Below are positions 56,505 through 64,000 of a stretch of 64,000 bases of DNA, piece by piece. The translations under genes and the position numbers were made by a program. The notes beneath the pieces are model-generated. The model was not told where the DNA came from and searched no databases. It was given only the letters and a program-made list of their open reading frames with translations. Every line of letters begins with the position of its first letter. The first letter of the stretch is position 1. The stretch covers positions 1,178,001 to 1,242,000 of the forward strand of contig JBLDXI010000012.1 in NCBI GenBank assembly GCA_047495785.1, read 5' to 3'. This stretch comes from Lepidodermella squamata. Taxonomy: Eukaryota > Animalia > Gastrotricha.

Positions 56505-57075
56505 TTATTTGCTGGGAGCAGCACCGGTTTCGACGGCAACCGAGTAGGAGAAGTTGTTGGAGGCCGAGTAGCTGCCGCTCTTGCTGCCCTTGCGACCCTT
56601 GCCGTGCTTGCCACCAAACTTCTTGCCGCCGAACTTCTTGCCACCGTGGCGCTTGTTGCCGCCCTTCTTGTTGTAGCCGCCGAAGGAGCCCGATCGCGAG
56701 TACGAGCCGGACATGGATCCGCGCTTGTGCACGCGCATGAACTTCTTGGTGGAGACCTTGCGGGTGTGCTTGTTCGTGCGGGCCGACACCGACGCGGACA
56801 CGGACTTGGAGAACGAGGCACGGCGGTGCTTGCGCCCAGCGACGAAGGCCTTCTTGGCCGGGCGTTTCTTCATCGCGTGCTTCTTCGGCTGCCGGTTGTA
56901 CGACACGCTGATGGAGACGCTCTTCGAAACACTTTTGCCCTTATTTCCGCGGCCAGCCTCAACCTCGGAGAGAGCTGGTATAGATATAAACAAAAATTCA
57001 CTTCATTAGGTCGAAATTTTCCCAGTTACCAAAAGCCATAAGGACGACAGCAGCTAAAGCGAAAACAGCACGCAT
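56505..57075 (-). CDS. Secreted, highly cationic Ser/Gly/Lys/Arg-rich protein (copy 2), 2 exons
   Basis: The signal exon MRAVFALAAVVLMAF|gtaact splices to ALSEVEAGRGNKGKSVSKS...; the mature part is nearly identical to copy 1. Confidence 0.85.
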
Positions 57076-57883
57076 TTTGATTTTTTGGAGAGAAGAACCA
57101 AGAATAATCAGCGAATGTAATCAGATGCTGTTTTCTGTAATCATTCGGATATATAAACCCTGTGATGGTCAATAATCGAGGCGTAGCAATTAATTGAATC
57201 CATCACTTATGTGTTGCAAAAATTATATTCTAATTGGAATCTCCCTCGAACCGAATCAAATTATGGCTTATGGATTCTCATTCGAAAATTTCTCTGAATC
57301 TGTCGTCTCAGTAGAGCCATGAAAACGCCTGCGGATCTCCTAATCCTAGGGTGAATAAAACTATCAATTCACCATGTATACTTGGCATTTCACATTGCTG
57401 AATCATCAGCATTCGATTGAGCTCCAAGCCTTGTACTATTAAGGGTCAAGTGATGACACCTGTAACGTCTTCATCTGTCCATAAAACAATCTCACTTCGT
57501 AGAAACCGATTTTATTCTTTCCTTTCCAGCTTTCATAAGCACATCATTTTCCACTCGTATTCGCTCAAAAGCGTGTACTGAAAAAAAGCAACGACGATTA
57601 CAAGACGAACATGTCGATAAACAGAGACTTTTTCAGGTCAACAAAAAACTCGTGCGATATTTTCTCTTTTTTCATAATATGTTGAAATAATAAGATAGAT
57701 TTTCTGCTTTTTCGTAACCAATTTTCTTACACCAGAAATCTACAGCAAAAAGCGCATCGCTGTCAACAAGAAGACGCAGAGAGATAAAGACAGACAATTT
57801 TTATTTCGAACTTATCGCAATTTTATAATAAGAATAATTTTCCCCGAATATTTACACAGAGAAGCAAGAAGAACTCGCAGTGC

Positions 57884-57903
57884 AAGAGAGAGAGAGAGAG
57901 AGA
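57884..57903. repeat. (GA)n microsatellite
   Basis: An agagagagagagagagaga run. Confidence 0.7.
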
Positions 57904-58294
57904 ACAATCTATTTATTTATGGAATAAAAACGAAATAACATCACGCGAGTGATCGAGAAAACCGAAATTTATTACTGGCTGTTCTTAAAAAAAATTCACC
58001 GTGTCGCTTTCGGCTGATTTTTCATCCACGTGAAGTATTGAAATTTACAATATCATCAAATATCAATCTGTTCACTAGTTGCTATTCGTCACTCGGCCGA
58101 TTTTTAAACAGGTAGTGTACATAATTTTTTGCAGAAAAAAACTGAAGAGGAGACACCATACTGTGAAAATATCGATTTTTAAGAACAGCAGAAAGATTCG
58201 AATTTGTTTTGTTTTGAATATTTCTATGAGGAAAGGGCGGAGTTATTTTTTCCAAAAATTTTCAAGGAGGAATTTCGAAAAAAAACCCGACATT

Positions 58295-61200
58295 TTATTC
58301 AGCTGTTCCTTTTTCTTCGCTTAAAACACGGGGTCGTTTCAAATCTTGGTCTTTTTTCGCGTCCGAAGACGGCGGCGCCCCTGACGCCGAGTGAGACGAT
58401 AGCGAGTCGTCCAGCGAGCCGTCGCCCTCGCTGCCCTCCGAGCCTTCATCCTCGTCCTCGATCGAGCCGCGCGAGTTCGAATTCGAGTTATTGCTATCCT
58501 CCGCGTTTTTCATCCGAGGCAACACCGTCATGGCCCGTTTCGCCTTACGGTCATGCCCGCTGTCTTCATCGTCCTCCGAGCCGTCGCTGTGCTGCACGCC
58601 GAACGTACACGCCGAGCCGCGCCGCACCGCCCCGCTCACCGTCCGCATTTGCTGCTGAACAGGCTGCTGCTCCTGCGTTGAGTTGCTGATGTCCTCCCGG
58701 CTGTTCCGAACCGCCGAGTCGGAGCAACCCGGCTGCCGGGCGTGTTTGCTCGACCGGGCGCCCTCAGCCGCGCGCCACTCTTCGTGTTGAGCTTGAGCTG
58801 GATTGCCCTCCTCCGCCTCCACGTCGCCGACTAGCCTGTTCAGGTAGTGGAATAGGTGCATGGCTTCGGTGGGCGTGGTCGATGTGAGCAAGAATACGCG
58901 CATCGCGCCCGTCTCCACCTCGGACGCCGTCACGTGGATGCCGCGGGCTGACACCTGTTTCAGGCGCATGCCGGCGAAGATGGGCGAGTTCATGAGCAGG
59001 CGGAAGATGCCTTGTTGGCGCATGACGATGCGACACTTCTGCGTTGTCCGGTCGCGGTTGATTTTCACGAGACCGCGGCCGCGCTCGAGCCACGTGTTCT
59101 TTTGACTGTCGAAAACGTGGAGCTTGCATGTTGCCTGAAAAAAAGTAAAAAAATATAGCGATTTTTCAAATTAAAGCTAAATGCATTTTAAATTATTCTT
59201 CATGATTTCACGGAAGAAAAGCTGGAAATTTTGGTATATTATTTACTTCAGTGGGATTTTTACGCATTTTGACAAGTTACCAAGTTCATCAGCATTTAGA
59301 TGGCAATTAAAACATAAAGTACTCTCAAAACATAAGCCGGGAAATCGCCAACCGATACAGATGAATGATGCTGATGAATAACCGAAGGATGTGTTCGCAT
59401 TTTTTTAATGTACTGTTATTAGCCTCATTTTTATTGAGCCTGCCAAATATTTCATCAATCCAAGTTGCCATAACCATATTTTGTGCCAACATTTAAGACT
59501 GCTTCGAAATTGGACAGTAAAAACGGCTTTGAGATCTTCTACGCAATACCGGGGGTTGATTCCGAGGGCTAAATCGGCGAATCAACCGACCCCTCTAGTA
59601 TCGAAATTTTTAACTTACTTCTCTATTTTGTAAAACTGATCAGTGATCGGATATATTGATCATTTATTTTGATCAAACATTAACAAAATCGGCCATTTTT
59701 ACTATGATAAAAACAACACGTGATCAATTTCTACTTTTTCTGCCTCTAATAAGCGATGACTACTAACGGGGGAGTGCTGATTGCAGGGTTGAAGTTATTG
59801 AGGGAGCAATGTGTAAATTACGACAGCAACCTCGGGAAACGTTTGGGGAGGGCGAGATAGAGTTCCCCTCCTTGACGGCCAGGAGGGGAATTGACGCCCT
59901 CTACTCAAGCTGAGCTGTCAAAGCAAACAAATCAATCCATATTTTCTCGTGTCCCATATATTGCTGGCAATTGCCTTGGGGTTAAGACTTTCAGATAATG
60001 TAACTTTAGAGACTTTAGAGACGCCTTGTATCCCATTTTAATCACAGCCTAACGCCTTTAAACTATATTAATGGCTTGGTATTATTGAGCCCAGTGTAAT
60101 CATATAAATTCAAGATTCTAGTAGAATCTGGTTTAATTAGCTTAAATCGATCTAAATAAACGTTCACCTAATTGTGATCGCTTCAATTTTCAAGGCCCAG
60201 GGCAATGAAGATGAAGAAATTTTGTCAAGTGATAGCTTCAGTATGTATCTAAAAATGTAACAAAACTGTTGACCTCGTTCCAGCTATTTGTTTGAAATGT
60301 TGACTTCGATTTTCTAGCTGAAAATCATGGAAGTTTTCCAAACAATATATTTAAAAACTCGCAATTCGATCAAATTTTTTGCTAAAGATATAGCCACTGC
60401 TTTCAAGATGAACAAGATAATAAGCATAGAGCACATCAATAACTGGGACCAATGATTCAAAAAATAAAATTTGCGAAAATGACACGTGGTCAGACTGTCT
60501 ACAATTGCGGGTAATTTCATTAGTGACATATCGTCCGTAGGGAAATTAAAAAGTCAATTTTAATTCAATTACGCCTTAGGAAAATCTGGCAGTGACAATT
60601 TATCAGCGACAAATGAGCAAAGAACAATTCATCACTTTTACATGAACAATTTTTGAATCTAATTTGCCTTGTTTTGATACGTCGGTACTTGATTTGAAGT
60701 ATAAAGCATAGATAAACTGCCGAAAACTGCCTATTACTATGATGAAATCTCGCAGTTGACGTCTTAAAACCGAATGCCGGAGCAGAAATAAAAAAGACAT
60801 GGAAAAAGCTCAATTTCAGTCCGGAAATTATGTTTACAAATAATTTTGTCTCCGGTTTTTAAGTGCTCGAACGGTTGAAGATTATGCTTTTTGTATCAAA
60901 TTCATATTTTTCACTATACCTAGTTCAAAACCCTGCACCATTCATATTTTTTGAAAGAAGCCAGTTCCGTTAATCAGTAATTTTCATCTCGAAATCCTCT
61001 TCTCTACATTTTCTAAAATTAATGCCTGAAATTCCTATTTTAAATTTTCCGAAATTCGAAAGTTCAACATACATGGAATAAAGTGTCTTCATTTTCTTCG
61101 CCGGTTTCCAACGATGCAACAGGTGGCGGCAGGCGATTGATATTGAAAACGTTCAGATTCTCCGGAGTTTGGAAAACCGATTTTTCAACTGAAGGACTTG

Positions 61201-61881
61201 ATTCTGAGATACCGGTGTCGGACGCCCCTTTAATGAGGCCTTTCGAGGCAGCGAGCAGAAAACTGCCCTTATCACCCTCGTCGTCTTCCTCGACTTCTTT
61301 CGCCTTATCACCGACTGCTGTTTTCGCAGGCGACTTGTCATCGACTTTATCGTTAGAATTCGGTGACTTTGAAGTAGATGGCGATGATGACGAGTGTTGG
61401 TCGGTGGTGGATGATGATTTCTGAGGGGAGGTGATTTTTAGGTCGGATTCCGACTCGTGAGGCGGAGAGTGCACAACATTAACAACGCGGTCGTCGATAT
61501 TTTTGCCGAAAACAAACGCCGGCTTCGGCGCTTCCGCGTTTTTCAACGACGCCTGGTCAGCGTCGCTTAGCAAATCCTCCGGTTTCGAGGACAGAAATTT
61601 CATAACAGCAGGCGTATGAGAATTTTCAGGTACATCTGCATCTATTAAATTATTTTTGAAATATAATTTTAAAATTAAATAAAAAAATCCTTACTTTGGG
61701 TTGTTATGACTTTGGTATTGATGTGAGTCGTTAGAGGGGCAAGTGCTGAGGGCTTGAATGCGAAACCACCGGATGAAGGTCCAGAAGAAAAGGCGCTAAA
61801 ACTTCCAACTGAAATTTCAGGTAAAAATAAAACGAGAATTGAGCGAAAAAATCAGAACTTACAGCCTTTCTCGCCCGACAT
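58295..61881 (-). CDS. RANBP3: Ran-binding protein 3-like (RanBP1 domain), multi-exon with a 1.9-kb intron
   Basis: An FVFGKNIDDRV motif, then ETGEENEDTLFH|ATCKLHVFD...WLERGRGLVKIN...RIVMRQQGIFRLLMNSPIFAGM (RanBD), and an acidic Ser-rich tail. Confidence 0.8.
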
Positions 61882-62089
61882 GGTGAAAGCTTTCGCGTGA
61901 AATTTTAATATAATGATAATAAAACCAACACCGCGACTAGAGATAAAACTAAAACAGAAAATGATCAGAAAATTCAAAAGATTGAAACGATTTTTTTTTG
62001 AAAACACAATGACGAATGAACACAGCCTTATTTAACACAATCGTTAACAGGAAAAGTTATATCGAAATTGCAGCAAATTGTTGAGCTTG

Positions 62090-63024
62090 TCATTCAGCAT
62101 CATCACCTGAAAAAAATCGTAAACAAATTGTAAACATTTAAAAAATCCACCTTAATTTTCAAACAAATTTAATTTTGAATTTCAATAAATTTGCACACCT
62201 GTGTCGGCATTTTGAGTTGACAGAGGCGCGACTGACGACGGCAATTGGCCAGCTTTGAGCATTGCGTTGAGCCGCTCGACTTCTTCCAGCGTTTTCGCCT
62301 GAGAAATCGCGCGTTTAATTTTGTCAACCTCTTCTTTACTGAGACCAATAGCCGACGCCGCTTGCTTCTTCGCAGCCGGCGCGCCAACAGCTTCACCGGG
62401 AACGAAAGTCTGCGCGCGTTTCTGTTGTTGTTGTTGCTGGTCTTCTTTGCCGCTGTTCGCCTTTTCAGCCTTTTTCAACGATTTAAACAGCTTCTTCGCA
62501 GCGGCGCGTTCACGCTTTCGCACGCGTTGAAAGTCCAAGCGTTTCAAACTTGGGATTCTGTGAATCAGGTAGTAGCGGTAGTTTCTTTTCGTGCACAGAG
62601 GATTGCCGAGTAGACAGAGGTATTCAAGATTGGCGAAATTGGCCAGTGGGTCGATGTCTTCCAACTCCTGAATGTTATTATTCGTCAAAATGAGCCATTG
62701 CAAGTTCGGCAGACACTCTTCAAGCTTTTCACCAATATGCCTAAAATAAATTAGAGAAATTCGAATAAAATCTAAAAATAATAGAAAAAATTACCCAATA
62801 CGATTGTTGCTTAGCAACAACCATTTGAGACGACGTAATAATGGGAATCCATCCAACTTGCGGATGTCGTTATCTGTGAAGTCGATGGCATCAAACTGGT
62901 CGAGAGTAGCGCCCAGGCTTTCAATCGCCGATATTTTGTAACCGCGAAGATCCAGCTCGCGTTCACGTACCGGGTTCGTGCGTTGAAACGCCTGTTCAAT
63001 CATTTCCGGGGTTAATTTTACCAT
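62090..63024 (-). CDS. SNRPA1: U2 snRNP protein A' (LRR protein), 3 exons
   Basis: MVKLTPEMIEQAFQRTNPVRERELDLRGYKISAIESLGATLDQFDAIDFTDNDIRKLDGFPLLRRLK, NPLCTKRNYRYYLIHRIP, IKRAISQAKTLEEVERLNAMLKAGQ. Confidence 0.97.
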
Positions 63025-63227
63025 TTTTTTCTGGTGTTAAAAAAACCTAAAAAATAAACAGAAAATGATTAATCAAAACAGCAAATTTATTGCGACAGTG
63101 CAAATAAAAAGTGTCACACGTAAATAAAAAAAAAGAGATCAAGTCACAACCGTGTTTAAAAACACAACCAAAGATGGAATGACTCTTCATTGAGCAGGCA
63201 AGTGGAGGAAGAGCATAAAAAATGAGA

Positions 63228-64000
63228 TCAAGTACTCGTGGAAACAGATATTTGGCTGCTATAACAATTATTATTAGGTAATGGCAATTTCGGCACGATC
63301 ATTTTGGCAACTTCAAAGAAAACTGGTGATAACGCCTTTGGCGATATAACCAACTGCTTGTTTTCCCCGCCATTTTTGCTGCGAGATCCTAGAATAAATA
63401 AATTCCTCCTTAAAATAGAAAAACGCAAGTTGCGAATAAACTCACGTCTTCTTCTTTGCTTTGACTCCTTTTTATCATTTGAGCTGCTTTCGTCCTTGTC
63501 AGCTAATAGTGACAAAAGAGTTTTCTCCTTCGACTTCCCGTTGCTGCTTAACGGGGAATCACTCATGCCAGGAAATGACATTTTAGCCCGTCTAACGAGT
63601 TCAGCTTCAAGTCTAGTAACGTAAGAAGCCGCAGCTTCCAATTGCGCTCGATAGCTTTTCGCCTCGGCGTGAAATTTCGCAGCTTCGCGATGAAGCAACG
63701 AAACTCGGCTCTTTTCCGAGTCTAGCCGCTCCTTCAATTTTTGAACAACTACTGTCGCTTCAGTAGCCCGTTTCTCCGCCAGCTTTTTCTTCGAATTCGC
63801 CTCTCCCAGTTCAAACAATGCGTCTTTCAGCTTTTCCTCGCATAGTTGCAGCTTCGATTTCGCCGAATCAAGTTCAGTGAATAAATTCATTTCGCTTTGC
63901 GATTTCGGCGATCGGCCCATTAAAACCAGTTGCCGCTCAGCAGTTGCTAGTTTTTTCGCCAGGGCTCTCAGCGCTGCTAATTGGTCAGTTTGATGGCACC
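63228..64000 (-). CDS. Coiled-coil protein, 3' part (5' end lies beyond the window)
   Basis: A long open frame with heptad-like E/K/L/A composition (ELDSAKSKLQLCEEKLKDALFELGEA...); family not recognised. Confidence 0.55.
   Translation of the reverse strand, partial: CHQTDQLAALRALAKKLATAERQLVLMGRSPKSQSEMNLFTELDSAKSKLQLCEEKLKDALFELGEANSKKKLAEKRATEATVVVQKLKERLDSEKSRVSLLHREAAKFHAEAKSYRAQLEAAASYVTRLEAELVRRAKMSFPGMSDSPLSSNGKSKEKTLLSLLADKDESSSNDKKESKQRRRREFIRNLRFSILRRNLFILGSRSKNGGENKQLVISPKALSPVFFEVAKMIVPKLPLPNNNCYSSQISVSTST

Noticed and set aside
48935-61881. Functional link between the GLFG-containing sHSP and the nearby RanBP3 gene
   Set aside because: Proximity alone in a gene-dense genome; RanBP3 and SNRPA1 look like ordinary housekeeping neighbours.

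Overview
This window is from a gene-dense, intron-rich animal genome, probably an invertebrate; the taxon cannot be fixed from the sequence. Introns are mostly about 45-70 nt, and there are no prokaryotic features. From left to right it contains: (1) a >14 kb minus-strand gene for a giant secreted mosaic protein (LamG-like, many EGF, several C-type lectin, 3 F5/8-discoidin and 3 fibrinogen-C domains) that runs off the left edge; (2) a Ly6/uPAR GPI protein, a CD225/dispanin-like protein, a membrane-anchored GH31 alpha-glucosidase and a divergent Cys-loop channel subunit; (3) a caveolin expansion: one canonical-like gene, five divergent Cys-rich paralogs (one apparently with two alternative first and two alternative last exons) and an orphan pseudo-exon; (4) two i-type lysozymes in a duplicated block, beta-tubulin and a PAN-domain protein; (5) two copies of a gene pair made of a highly cationic secreted S/G/K/R protein and a small heat-shock protein with a long glycine-zipper (one copy also GLFG/N-rich) N-terminal extension; (6) an intronless PQQ-type beta-propeller gene (possible horizontal transfer); (7) RanBP3-like, U2A' (SNRPA1) and a partial coiled-coil gene. 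Two MITE-like elements are also visible. Exon models were assembled by eye from GT/GC-AG sites and are not transcript-verified.
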